DNA of 64,000 nucleotides from Candidatus Babelota bacterium. Its GTDB lineage: Bacteria > Babelota > Babeliae > Babelales > UBA12411. Location of the stretch: the NCBI GenBank assembly GCA_003511165.1, contig DOJW01000007.1, positions 148,324 through 212,323 of the forward strand, read 5' to 3'. The stretch's first letter is position 1, and the number at the start of each line of letters is the position of its first letter. Shown one piece after another: positions 28,783 to 38,900 of this stretch. Below the pieces are notes generated by a model. The model did not search any database. It had not been told where the DNA came from and worked only from the letters and a program-made list of their open reading frames with translations. A program made the position numbers and the translations under genes.

Positions 28783-30447
28783 TTATTTCTTTTTCAATTG
28801 ATCTATTAATTTTGATTTATCATAAAAATATCGCTCTGCAAAAATATCTTCATCTTCTAAAATTTTATCAAGTGGAAGCGAGATAAATAACTCATCAATA
28901 ATTCCATCATAAAATTTAACCGTTACATAACCAGATTTTTTACTTTTTAAAATCGCTTTTCTAAAATCTGCCAAAGTTGAAACATTCTCATCATTGACCT
29001 GATTTAAAATAGAACCATCTGTCAAAGTATGCGCTTTGTCAGCTTGAGAACTTGGCAAAATATGAGTAACTATTAATTTAGGTTTAAATTGAAATTCCAT
29101 TTTTGTATAAGCTATCAAATGCGTAGCTCTTTCTATCAATACAGCAATATGATTTAACGAAAGCTCCATAATAACCATACCACCAAGAACTTCATAATCA
29201 ATTTTTTCAAAAACCGGATAAACTGCTCTTATTGGTAAAACCGCCTGCTGTTCAAGTTTAAATTTAATTTCTTTATGTTTACCTTTTCGATAAATATCTA
29301 GCTTTACCTGATCGCCTACAACCAATCTACTTATAACCGATAAAACCGGAATTCTATCTTCAGACCATGGAACTTTTACTTCGCCAAAACGATCTATTTT
29401 GTAACCATTTATTTCGTAAATCATATCTCCAGCTTTTACGCCATTTTTTTGCAAAGTACTGTTTTCAAACACTTCTGCAACATACCAGCCACCATCCCCA
29501 GGATTGCCCAAATATTTAGCAAGATCTTTTGTTGATGCTGTAAACCAACATCCCAAAAGAGGTTTTCGCAAAAATTTAACTTTATAAAGATCACTTATCG
29601 AAGCTTTTACCTCACTGATTGGAATTATATAAGCCATATTTTGAGCATTGGTAAATCCTGCATTTAAAATTCCAATAACCTCGCCATTTTGATTAAGCGC
29701 AGGACCTCCTGAATTTCCGGGATTTGATGCTGCTGTTATTTGGATGTAAGACTGATTTGCGATTCTCTCTCTACCACTGACAATTCCCTGCGTACTTTTG
29801 AGAGTTGGGAGACTCAAAGGATAACCTAAAAGAAGAATTTCTTGAGTTCTAAGAATTTTATCTGAATTTCCAAGTTTCAAGTATGGAAATTTGCCACCCA
29901 ATCCATTTTTGACTTCATCAATATATTTGTCTTTAATTTTTAAAAGTGCAATATCTCGATCCGGGCTTACACCTATCACTTCTACTTCATAAATTTCTTG
30001 CCCAAGCGATGGAACTTTTATACTTATTACTGTTGCGTCATCAATCACATGATAATTGGTAAGAATGTGACCTTTGTCATTTATAAAAAATCCAGATCCT
30101 GTTCCCGCGCCCTGCTCTGGTGTTTTGTAAGGTTCTAAAAAATTAAATTTATTAACTTGTGAAATAATTTGGACAACTGTATCTTTTGCAAATTTTTGCA
30201 CATCGAGCCAGCAAACATTTTTATTAACAGAACATTCTTTGCCCGCCATACCTTCTTGTGATTGATTTGGAAATTCGGTTGTCGATATTTTTTGATTTTC
30301 ATTTGTTGAATAAACAACATCTAAAACTTTTTTAAATTCACTTTCTAAATATTTTTGACTTCTATAAAAGCGAAATGCGAGCAAAACAGAAGCTAACAAC
30401 AAAACTACTAATGCAATACCAATGGCCGTTTCTTTTCTGATATTCAT
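28783..30447 (-). CDS. HtrA/DegP-family serine protease with PDZ domains
   Basis: N-terminal TM; catalytic blocks GSGFFINDKGHILTNYHVI, DIALLKI and GNSGGPALNQNGEVIGI; PDZ-like GVKAGDMIYEINGYKI plus a second C-terminal PDZ-like region. Confidence 0.85.
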   Translation of the reverse strand: MNIRKETAIGIALVVLLLASVLLAFRFYRSQKYLESEFKKVLDVVYSTNENQKISTTEFPNQSQEGMAGKECSVNKNVCWLDVQKFAKDTVVQIISQVNKFNFLEPYKTPEQGAGTGSGFFINDKGHILTNYHVIDDATVISIKVPSLGQEIYEVEVIGVSPDRDIALLKIKDKYIDEVKNGLGGKFPYLKLGNSDKILRTQEILLLGYPLSLPTLKSTQGIVSGRERIANQSYIQITAASNPGNSGGPALNQNGEVIGILNAGFTNAQNMAYIIPISEVKASISDLYKVKFLRKPLLGCWFTASTKDLAKYLGNPGDGGWYVAEVFENSTLQKNGVKAGDMIYEINGYKIDRFGEVKVPWSEDRIPVLSVISRLVVGDQVKLDIYRKGKHKEIKFKLEQQAVLPIRAVYPVFEKIDYEVLGGMVIMELSLNHIAVLIERATHLIAYTKMEFQFKPKLIVTHILPSSQADKAHTLTDGSILNQVNDENVSTLADFRKAILKSKKSGYVTVKFYDGIIDELFISLPLDKILEDEDIFAERYFYDKSKLIDQLKKK

Positions 30448-30494
30448 AATGACTTCTCACCTATTATTTTTTATAAATTTTATTTTAATGAAAC

Positions 30495-31304
30495 TTATTT
30501 TCGATACTCTGAAATTTCTAAAACTTTTGATCTTTCTTTTGCAAATTTAACTTTCTCAAAAATAGCATAAATAATCGAACCTATTAAATAAGAAATTAAA
30601 AGCAAGAACAAAAACAAATCGAAACGTAAAATAGAAAAGATAACAAAAAACGCTGTAAAGACTGTTTTTTGCCATCTCTTTTGAAACCAAAAAAACTTTT
30701 TCTTAAAAGTTGGAAACTTAACCAAACTAACCATCAAACATGCAAGGTTGAATGTGAAAAATGTGAGAATCGCTGCAAAATTAAAATTTTTTAGATAATG
30801 AGCATTGAGCATGGTCGCAATCAAAAGAGAAGCGGCCATAGTCGTTGGTAAACCCAAAAAATAAATTGTCTGCTGATCTGAAATTAAATTGAAACGCGCA
30901 AGGCGCAAAACTCCGGCAAAAAGGAAAAATGCCGCTGCGATAAAACCTAAATAACCAATTTTATAAAGATGCCAGTTGTATGCCAAAAATGCAGGCGCAA
31001 GGCAAAAAGTAATTGTATCTGCAAGAGAATCTAGCTGCATTCCAAAATTGCTACTAGAACCAACATATCTTGCAATTCGTCCATCAAGACTGTCCATCAT
31101 CGCGCCAAGGAATATGCTATAGCATGCAGCTTCCCACTGACCTTTTGCTGAAAAAATTATGGAAACAAATCCGAAAAAAACATTACCTAAAGTAAAAATA
31201 TGAGGCAATACCGAAATCCCTTCACGAAGAAGAATTTTTCGACTTCGATATAAATTTTCAACCTTTTGTTTTAGAAGCTTTCTTCGCCAATTTTTTTCAT
31301 TCAT
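30495..31304 (-). CDS. pssA: CDP-diacylglycerol--serine O-phosphatidyltransferase (CDP-alcohol family)
   Basis: DSLDGRIARYVGSSSNFGMQLDSLADTITF matches the CDP-alcohol motif. Multi-TM, 269 aa. Substrate assignment is by typical PssA-like context and size. Confidence 0.7.
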   Translation of the reverse strand: MNEKNWRRKLLKQKVENLYRSRKILLREGISVLPHIFTLGNVFFGFVSIIFSAKGQWEAACYSIFLGAMMDSLDGRIARYVGSSSNFGMQLDSLADTITFCLAPAFLAYNWHLYKIGYLGFIAAAFFLFAGVLRLARFNLISDQQTIYFLGLPTTMAASLLIATMLNAHYLKNFNFAAILTFFTFNLACLMVSLVKFPTFKKKFFWFQKRWQKTVFTAFFVIFSILRFDLFLFLLLISYLIGSIIYAIFEKVKFAKERSKVLEISEYRK

Positions 31305-31316
31305 AATTTCTCTATT

Positions 31317-31832
31317 TTATTTAGCGACACTCACTTTGGCATGTCTTACCACTTCGCCATTGTGCAAAAAGCCAAGGCTAAACACTTCTACTATTTCGCC
31401 GCTTTTATGGTTTTGGGAATCTGTTTGCATAATAGCTTCGTGCAAATTCGGATCAAAATTTCCACTGCAGTCAATCTCTACAACATTTAAATCTGCAAGT
31501 CTTTTGATCAGATTTTTTCTGATTAATTGTACACCATCAACCCACTTTTGCATCTCTTCGCTGTTTTCAATTTTTTGACTTGATTTGAGAGCCATGTCGA
31601 TATCATCTATTACCGGCAAAAGTGATCGAATAACTTCGCTTTGAGCGATTTTTATAATCTCAAACTTTTCTTTTTCAGCTCTTCTTTTGTAATTTTGAAA
31701 ATCTGCCGTGATTCTTAAAAATTGAGTTTCCCAATAATTGGGCTCAACTCCTTTTGATCCAGTTTCAACTTCGCTGGCAGAGTTGTCAGTTTTTTCTTTT
31801 AAATCTTTCTCATCAATTTCAGATTGAAACAT
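31317..31832 (-). CDS. grpE: Nucleotide exchange factor GrpE
   Basis: LRITADFQNYKRRAEKEK, LLPVIDDIDMAL, and a C-terminal beta domain GFLHNGEVVRHAKVSV. Confidence 0.85.
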   Translation of the reverse strand: MFQSEIDEKDLKEKTDNSASEVETGSKGVEPNYWETQFLRITADFQNYKRRAEKEKFEIIKIAQSEVIRSLLPVIDDIDMALKSSQKIENSEEMQKWVDGVQLIRKNLIKRLADLNVVEIDCSGNFDPNLHEAIMQTDSQNHKSGEIVEVFSLGFLHNGEVVRHAKVSVAK

Positions 31833-32031
31833 AAATCCTCCCGCTAAACTTTAACTTAAAATACTCTTTAATTTTCAACTAAGTAAATATATCAGAAAAA
31901 AAGGATGCTAAAAAGAACAAAAAATGAAGTATTTCTAGGCATTTATTCTATTTTTCAATTTTACTCTGCAATTCAAACACAATATCAACATACCAAAAGG
32001 ATATTTTTGCCGATTTCTAGGCAACTTTTTA

Positions 32032-32060
32032 TTGCTTTACCCTTTGGGATTGTTATAATC
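32032..32060 (+). promoter_or_regulatory. Candidate sigma70-like promoter for CDS 32123
   Basis: ttgctt (32032-32037), 17-nt spacer, tataat (32055-32060), ~63 nt upstream of the ATG. Confidence 0.4.
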
Positions 32061-32122
32061 ATAAATATTTTAAATTTAATGAAGAAAATCTAGGTTTAAC
32101 CATCTAAAAATCAAAGTGGGTT

Positions 32123-33334
32123 ATGAATAAAAATTTCAAAAATTTAACTCTAATTTTAACAATTTCATTTTTAACAATTTCTACTAAAATGTTTGCACCA
32201 CCTTCAGATTTTTTTGATTTGTATTCTGGATACGAGTCAAGGGGTACTTCCTCTCAGATAAAATATTTATTAACACAACAAGATACTATTAACGCCTCTT
32301 TACTTGAATTCGAAGCAGGGTTACACACACTTGAACACCCATCAGACTCAGATGCACTAGTATTAGATCCCAACAAAGATGCAAAAATAGCTTCATTAAA
32401 AGAAAAAATTAAACAGAAAAAAACAGCTCTTAGGGCTATAGACAACCAATTATCAAAATATGAAGCGCCAGGTTTTAAAGATATTATTGTGCGAAGTGCT
32501 CTTGGTGAAGATGCAAAAACTCTAGCTCGTGATTTTAGATCCAATGACGCAAGCTTTCCCATAATCGCTTTAGATATTCTCGCAGGAACAGGAACTCGAG
32601 TAATCAGTCGCCGGCTTGAAAGCGCTGTAGATAAAACAATAGGCTCTGCTTTCGAAAAGCTTTTAGCCACTGGAATAAATTGGGCAACAATACCCTTCAC
32701 CTGGACTTATAATAAATTCACAGGACGAGAAGGCGAACCTTTGCTTTACACAGAAATCGAAGCATGGGGAGTTATGTTAGAAAATACAGCTAAACAATTA
32801 ATTACTATCTCAACAAAGGCTACCACGCTTGGAGGCAGAGAAAAAATGCAACGAATGTCTTTAGATGAAGAGTCTGCCCCTGAAAATGTTTATGATGCTC
32901 AATGGGAAGGGATTAAAAAATTATATACAACGCTATTTCTCAACGTTGCAGATCAGTTAAACGAAAAATTAAAATATTATTCTGAAAGTTCTTCCTCCAA
33001 AGACAAACAAATCGTTGTTTATGGAACTCAAGCAAGAGATTGGATAAAGGCTTTCATAGAACAATGTTTTAGCAAAACCAAAACTTATAAAGATTTAGGT
33101 TCAAGCAATAATGTTATATTTTTAAACAGTTTACGAAGCCAGCTAAACATTTGTTTTGGAATATTGCTTGGTTATTTAGCTGATAACGAAAATCAAAAAA
33201 CAAAACCGCAAAGTAATTATAACTCTCCTTACTCCGGTGGATTTGCTAAACCATCAAGATATCCCTCTTCATTCAATAATCCAGACTATTCAATGGGAAT
33301 AGGTGGAGATTCTATGATGGACGCCTCAGACTAA
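32123..33334 (+). CDS. Hypothetical secreted protein
   Basis: Signal peptide MNKNFKNLTLILTISFLTISTKMFA and a Ser/Pro/Tyr/Gly-rich C-terminal tail. No family recognised. Confidence 0.55.
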   Translation: MNKNFKNLTLILTISFLTISTKMFAPPSDFFDLYSGYESRGTSSQIKYLLTQQDTINASLLEFEAGLHTLEHPSDSDALVLDPNKDAKIASLKEKIKQKKTALRAIDNQLSKYEAPGFKDIIVRSALGEDAKTLARDFRSNDASFPIIALDILAGTGTRVISRRLESAVDKTIGSAFEKLLATGINWATIPFTWTYNKFTGREGEPLLYTEIEAWGVMLENTAKQLITISTKATTLGGREKMQRMSLDEESAPENVYDAQWEGIKKLYTTLFLNVADQLNEKLKYYSESSSSKDKQIVVYGTQARDWIKAFIEQCFSKTKTYKDLGSSNNVIFLNSLRSQLNICFGILLGYLADNENQKTKPQSNYNSPYSGGFAKPSRYPSSFNNPDYSMGIGGDSMMDASD

Positions 33335-33371
33335 TTTCTGATTTAATTAAATGTTGATGGAGATAAATATT

Positions 33372-34238
33372 ATGAATTTTTTTAAATCAATTTGGTTTTG
33401 TTTGTTTCTGTGTTTAGTTGGTAACAACATAAATTTGTCAGCAACAGTTATTACATTGGAAAATACAAAAATAGAAAACTACAAACTAGAACAAATAAAT
33501 TTAGAAAAAATAAAAGAGCTAACGGCGGAATTCGAATCTAAAGAAACAACTAAGAATTGGGTTAAACGTGCGATCGTTACAACCGCAATACTCACAACCA
33601 TAGGTATAATAACTTACGAATGTTTTTTAAAGGGAAAATCTAAAACCTCTTCCAATGAATCTTCTCCAAAAACTGCTCTTAATGGTTGCCCAGGAATTCA
33701 TATACCAACAACTCGTGATAAAGTAGAAGATTGGGTTGTTTATATTACTCTAGGATCATTAACTATTCCTCTTGGAAACTGTTTCGACAAGGGAATTACA
33801 GAATCTTACAATAAAATCAGTAGTTGGTGGGGATCCAAAGGATTTTCGCCTGCATTATTTTTGCAACAATGTCAGCAAAATATTAGCTTAATGCAAAACA
33901 ACTTTGAAGGCATAATAAACTTACAAAACGACACTGCTTATTCGAATTTTTATTTAACTCGAGTCATCGAAACACATAATGCGCTTGTAGGTTCAATAGA
34001 ATGTTTAATAGCATCTTCGTTTGCATTATCAAATAATAAAAACAATAAAAACTGGTTATTAAGTGATCAAAATGGATTAATTTTAGAAATGGAAAGCCTA
34101 AGAACATTTTTAGACAAAATACTCCATCAAAATCCTGTTTCCATCGATTTAATAGAACTAAAAAATCATCTAAACAGTTTATTATTAAAAATACAACGAT
34201 TAAATATTGATTTTAGAATCGCACCCGAAAATGAATAA
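33372..34238 (+). CDS. Hypothetical secreted/membrane protein
   Basis: Start placed at ATG 33372 (MNFFKSIWFCLFLCLVGNNINLSA). Internal TM AIVTTAILTTIGIITY. No family recognised. Confidence 0.5.
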   Translation: MNFFKSIWFCLFLCLVGNNINLSATVITLENTKIENYKLEQINLEKIKELTAEFESKETTKNWVKRAIVTTAILTTIGIITYECFLKGKSKTSSNESSPKTALNGCPGIHIPTTRDKVEDWVVYITLGSLTIPLGNCFDKGITESYNKISSWWGSKGFSPALFLQQCQQNISLMQNNFEGIINLQNDTAYSNFYLTRVIETHNALVGSIECLIASSFALSNNKNNKNWLLSDQNGLILEMESLRTFLDKILHQNPVSIDLIELKNHLNSLLLKIQRLNIDFRIAPENE

Positions 34239-34287
34239 TTTTTTATATTTGTACAATTCTAAATTTATGAATATTTACAATATTTTC

Positions 34288-34402
34288 CTGGATCCCCGCA
34301 TTCGCGAGGATGACAGTGAGAGAAATATATATTGTAATTATTCCTCATTTTCAGAAGGAATTAGCAACCGATCCCGTCATCCTCGCGAATGCGGGGATCC
34401 AG
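34288..34402. repeat. 115-bp MITE-like element with perfect 27-bp terminal inverted repeats
   Basis: ctggatccccgcattcgcgaggatgac (34288-34314) is the exact reverse complement of gtcatcctcgcgaatgcggggatccag (34376-34402). Confidence 0.8.
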
Positions 34403-34470
34403 TCTTTATAGATCCAATCAAGGATGAAGATAAGATCCTATCAAGTAGTTCACAAAAATTGCACACACCC

Positions 34471-34590
34471 AATTCAAGCAATATCAAATTTGACAAAGTC
34501 CCACGTCATCCTCGCGAATTGCATATGTCTCATTCAAGCGATATCAGAATTGATAGTGTCCTCCGTCATCCTCGCGAATGCGGGGATCCA
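34471..34590 (+). repeat. Two tandem ~60-nt units ending in the same hairpin core (first copy truncated)
   Basis: aattcaagcaatatcaaatttgacaaagtcccacgtcatcctcgcgaatt... followed by cattcaagcgatatcagaattgatagtgtcctccgtcatcctcgcgaatgcggggatcca. A third unit lies at 35008-35066. Confidence 0.75.
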
Positions 34591-34620
34591 TTTCAAAATT
34601 TATACAAAAGAAATACCACA

Positions 34621-35103
34621 ATGAAAACCTTTTATGTTTATATTACTTGTTCTAAAAAAAATGGAACCTTATATATTGGGATGACCAATGATCTTACAAG
34701 GCGCATGCAAGAACATAAAAACAAATTAATTAAAGGATTCACAAAAAAATATTCGGTAAATTTGCTTGTATACTATGAAACATTTGAATCAATAATTGAT
34801 GCAATTAAAAGAGAAAAGCAATTAAAAAAATGGAAACGTGAATGGAAGATGCACTTTATCGAAAAGATCAATCCCAATTGGAAAGATTTAAGTGAAACCG
34901 ATATTTTCCTGGATCCCCGCATTCGCGAGGATGACAATAAGGAAAATATGAATTTTACATATTCTTCAGCAACTAACACCGATAACTTTAATATTGGCTC
35001 CCTCCCTAATTCAAGCGATATCAAAATTGACCAAGTCCCACGTCATCCTCGCGAATGCGGGGATCCAGTCTTCATTGCTCCAAACAAGGAAGAAAATGAA
35101 TAA
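34621..35103 (+). CDS. Small stand-alone GIY-YIG nuclease-domain protein (conserved core ~34621-34895; the C-terminal tail reads through repeat DNA)
   Basis: MKTFYVYITCSKKNGTLYIGMTNDLTRRMQEHK...REKQLKKWKREWK contains the GIY (VYI), YIG, Arg and Glu positions of the GIY-YIG fold. There is no in-frame stop until 35103, so the true C-terminus is uncertain. Confidence 0.7.
   Translation: MKTFYVYITCSKKNGTLYIGMTNDLTRRMQEHKNKLIKGFTKKYSVNLLVYYETFESIIDAIKREKQLKKWKREWKMHFIEKINPNWKDLSETDIFLDPRIREDDNKENMNFTYSSATNTDNFNIGSLPNSSDIKIDQVPRHPRECGDPVFIAPNKEENE
34919..35068. repeat. 150-bp MITE-like element with the same perfect 27-bp terminal inverted repeats
   Basis: ctggatccccgcattcgcgaggatgac (34919-34945) and gtcatcctcgcgaatgcggggatccag (35042-35068). 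Confidence 0.8.
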
Positions 35104-35935
35104 AAAATTTTTAATAATCTTTTTTTCAATTTTTCCATCTTTTACTTTAAATGGGTGTAAGTGGTGCACACAATGGAACCAAAACACACAAAATCTGAAC
35201 ATGCAAACAGAAAACAAAATCAATAAAGAATTAACAAAATCGCAAACTCCAACAAGCAATAACAATGAAGCTATCACAAAAAAAAACAATACAACGCAAA
35301 ATTCCGCTCTAAAAACAAAACAAGAAAAAACAATTTTCTATAAAAATTATTTAAAAAAATATTATCCACGAGCGCTGGTCATTTCCGACTATTTTTTCGA
35401 AATGTGTCCGATCGCAATAGATCAAGCGCTACAAGAATTAACGCTTATCCTTAGCGAAAAAGAATGGTTTTATTATCAAGATAAAAAAAGTGGATTTCGT
35501 GGCGGCGAATTTTGGGAAGTAACCCTAAAACAATGCAATACTATCGCGCTTAATTTAGAAAGCGCAAAAGTAAATGGTGAAACAGGCGAAATAATCAAAA
35601 GTTCACCAACAGAACAGTGTGATAATTACTTTGACAACGAAAATATAAATTTAAATCAATCGCTTTTCGAATTTTTTCAAACTCACAACTTAGTAGCATA
35701 TGAACAATTTTATGCGCATTTTGCAGACCGCATTGTAGAACTTTTCAACGAAGCCATAAAACTAAAAAATATTAATGCCGCATACGATTACGATTTATTA
35801 TTTAATTCGATTTTGCAATTTTTAAAAGATTCACCACTCTATGCAACGTATCAAAACGCTTCCAAAACGCACAAAGAGCTTTCTGAAATTTTATCTAATG
35901 AACTAGGTAATAACTATGCTCATAAAAATTTTTAA
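35096..35935 (+). CDS. Hypothetical protein, possible lipoprotein
   Basis: Start placed at ATG 35096 after aaggaag (MNKKFLIIFFSIFPSFTLNGC). The ORF-track start at 34994 lies in repeat DNA. Confidence 0.55.
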   Translation: MNKKFLIIFFSIFPSFTLNGCKWCTQWNQNTQNLNMQTENKINKELTKSQTPTSNNNEAITKKNNTTQNSALKTKQEKTIFYKNYLKKYYPRALVISDYFFEMCPIAIDQALQELTLILSEKEWFYYQDKKSGFRGGEFWEVTLKQCNTIALNLESAKVNGETGEIIKSSPTEQCDNYFDNENINLNQSLFEFFQTHNLVAYEQFYAHFADRIVELFNEAIKLKNINAAYDYDLLFNSILQFLKDSPLYATYQNASKTHKELSEILSNELGNNYAHKNF

Positions 35936-38900
35936 TTTTTTCACACTCCTCCTTTTTACAACTCCACTTTTGGCAGTTGCAGAGCTAGAAACTAATATTG
36001 CTACAAACCCACAAGAACAGCATCAATTTGTAAAAAGCTTTGTTTCGCATTATGACGCACGGACAGCAAGCAGATACACCCACGAATACCATAAACATAT
36101 TTTGACCAAAACGGCACAAAGTTTTTTAAGCCTTGAGCAAAAACTAAGATCTGAAAATATAAATGCTTGCGGACGAATAGTTGTCACAGGATATGAGGAA
36201 GGAGCTTTCCCGTCTTATTATACAAATTATAAAAAAGAATCCATCAACGACGAAGCATTTTCCAAAAATAAAACAGGTTGGTCGCAGCAACTTCACAATA
36301 AATTTGGATTTCTAACAGGGTTCTTATTTAAAGATGTTAATGAAATATTAAAAAAAACAGAAAATCCAACATATCTGCATATAAACCCAGAGCTTGTAGA
36401 GCTCTTTGATGAAAACAGCTCAATTTTTCAAGAACATGCTTTCGGCGAATCTTATGATTTACTTTTAGAGTACAAAAATATTTTGGAAAAAAAATTAAAA
36501 AAACAAGATCACAAAAATATTCTAAAAATATTAAAAGCTTTTTGGGAAGATATTTACTCCCGCGAGTTCAAAACCAATTCAAATCAACTAGCAGCGACTC
36601 AAGATATTTTGTTCTCCATTGAATATGCAAACTATTTGATGAGCTCAAATTTACCATTATTCAGATATTACACAGGTCCAGATATAACGTATCCAATCGA
36701 ACAATCTATAAAACAAAAAAAAGGCGCTACCAAACATTCTCAAAAATTTGTTCCTATCTTTTTGTCCAATTTGCAAGCAATCAATAATGAACCAACAGTT
36801 TATATTTTCTGCAGTTTTGTGGATGGTGTTGGCAAAAGTACAATGCTTGGAAATGTTAAAAACTGGATGGACTTCGGAGATGATATCGAAAAATATGAAA
36901 GAACGGACAATTCTTCTTCGCAATTTGCAGAAGTTTTTAAGTTTCAAGAAAACATTTTCATCGCTGATCTTCCAGCACAAGTTAGTCATTTCACATACAA
37001 GCCAGATGGACTTGTTTACACAGACTTTGAATCGGAACTCAAAGATACAACTTTTATAAGCGAAATAAGAACGTTCATCCAGCAAAATAAAGATTTTCTT
37101 TTTAACAGCTACTTTGAAAATGCAAAAAAAATTGAACTCGAACTAATCGCAGCCAGATTTTCTCAAGAAAAATTTTTGGCAGATGTAGAACCAGAAACAA
37201 AATTTATTCAAAATTTATTTTTACTAAAAAAAATTAATGCCAATGGATGGATTCCATTCACATTTAAAAATGAACATTTTTTATTTAATATTTTAAATCA
37301 ATCACAAGTTAGAATTTTACGACCACTTTGCAAAGTATCATCCTATGGTCTAAAAAATGTTGATGTCGAACAAATGATTTTTACGCAAGTAAATTTCCCT
37401 GCGTCCTTTGATATTTTCTTAAACGATTTCACAGCGAAGTTAAAAGAACAAAATATAAAAAATGCAGTTTTTGTAGACTTTATGAGTATGTACCCAAGGT
37501 CATCCCGCGAAAACATAAGAGTAAATTATTTACTTTACCAGCTTGCTCTTCTTAACCAAAATTTTGATATCGAGCACAGTTTTTACAAAAATTTTATTAG
37601 CGAAGCACAACTTTTTGCACATTTAAATTCAAAACAAGAATTTCCACTAATGGCAGAAAATTTTCGAGAAGAAAGTTTTCTACGCCTAGCACTTTTTGAG
37701 ATTATAGATAGAAGAAAAGATCAGTCATTTGAAGCTATGTTAATTGATCCATTATCAAAACATTTAACCATGCAACTCTCAGAGTTTCAAAGCAATACTC
37801 CTCTAAGCAGATACAACGAAGAAACAACATTCACAAAACTTGAAGAAGAGCGCGAAAACCTAGGTAAAACTTTCAACCGCAGTAAAGAATATTTAAGTAT
37901 TTGGCAGTTCAACTTTCAATTATTAGATATATTTTCCAAACAACTTACAAGAATTTTCACCGAAATGATTCATAATGAAAATTTAAATCAACTTTGGAGC
38001 GACTTTGACGGAGAAATTATTCCTCCACAGCAAACTGGAAATCTAAATGATGGAAAAACAAATAAAACTTTAGAACTAACAAATCAACAAAAACTGCTCG
38101 CAACTTTTGAGTTTTCTAGCGAGTTTAGAAGCGAAGAGTTTTTAACCCCATTTATAAGAACACTCCGAACATATTGGTATTCAACACTTGCAAACTTACT
38201 TTTTTGCCAAAACAACCAAATCGGAAAATTAAAATACCCAGTAGTTCCAACGATCGTAAAACATGAACCTAAAACAAACCGTTTTTACTTAGTTCAAAAG
38301 CTTTTACCTCTTGTAGAAAATGAAAAAATGAAAGGCAAAACGTTAAAAACATTTGGTTTAACATCTAACTTAAAATTCGCATTTTTTGAAGAAAATACAT
38401 TTCTACAATCCTTTACTCCACCAACAACAAATTGTGGAATATTCAGCTTTGATTTAAGTTATTTGGATCAAAAATCAAATCCATATTTTATGGGCAAAAC
38501 ATCTATAGTTAACCAAATCATAAAAGAATTTCAAAAAGAATACGGCGCTAACAAAGCTATTTTGACTAGCGAACTATACGAAAAATTACAAAGTAACGCG
38601 CAATGGCGAAAAGAAATTTACAATTTAAAAATGCAAGCACAACGAAGCGGCGAATACAATTCTGCTCAAAAACAAAATACCCCTAATGTAAATCCTCCTA
38701 TATTTTTAGGTGCACAATCGCAAATTTCAGGCGCTCAACTTTTTGTTCTAGCAATTGCAACACTTGAAATGATTTTAAAAGATCCCGACTGCTTTATTGC
38801 CGCAAGAAAAGGTAACAAAAAAGATTTTATCGCTACAATAAAGCTTCTTGAACTCGTAACTCTTCCAAAACATTTTCATATCATTTTCGCCCAACCTCTC

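Noticed and set aside
28033-31832. The co-directional grpE-pssA-htrA-tlyA string as a special system
   Set aside because: The tight spacing suggests co-transcription, but the genes are unrelated housekeeping functions. Compact genomes often show such mixed operons, so there is no evidence of a dedicated system.
32254-32700. Antisense or embedded ORFs, e.g. 32254-32700(-), 15728-16072(-), 36657-37085(-), 36748-37059(+), 7582-8185(+), 5082-5414(+), 47661-47999(-), 56791-57156(+), 23310-23579(-)
   Set aside because: Each lies wholly within a longer ORF that has recognisable motifs or a signal peptide. They lack an RBS and any family features, and such shadow ORFs are expected.
34288-35068. Possible CRISPR array, given the repeated ~27-nt GC-rich cores
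   Set aside because: The copies occur in both orientations with irregular spacing (about 60-450 nt) and pair as terminal inverted repeats. There are no cas genes, so this is not CRISPR architecture.
34207-35103. The long 298-aa ORF 34207-35103 and the N-terminal extension of ORF 34994-35935 (peptides such as RHPRECGDP and LDPRIREDD)
   Set aside because: These peptide strings are just the two-strand translations of the 27-nt inverted repeat core. Only the GIY-YIG core (from ATG 34621) and the lipoprotein-like gene (from ATG 35096 with an RBS) look genuine.
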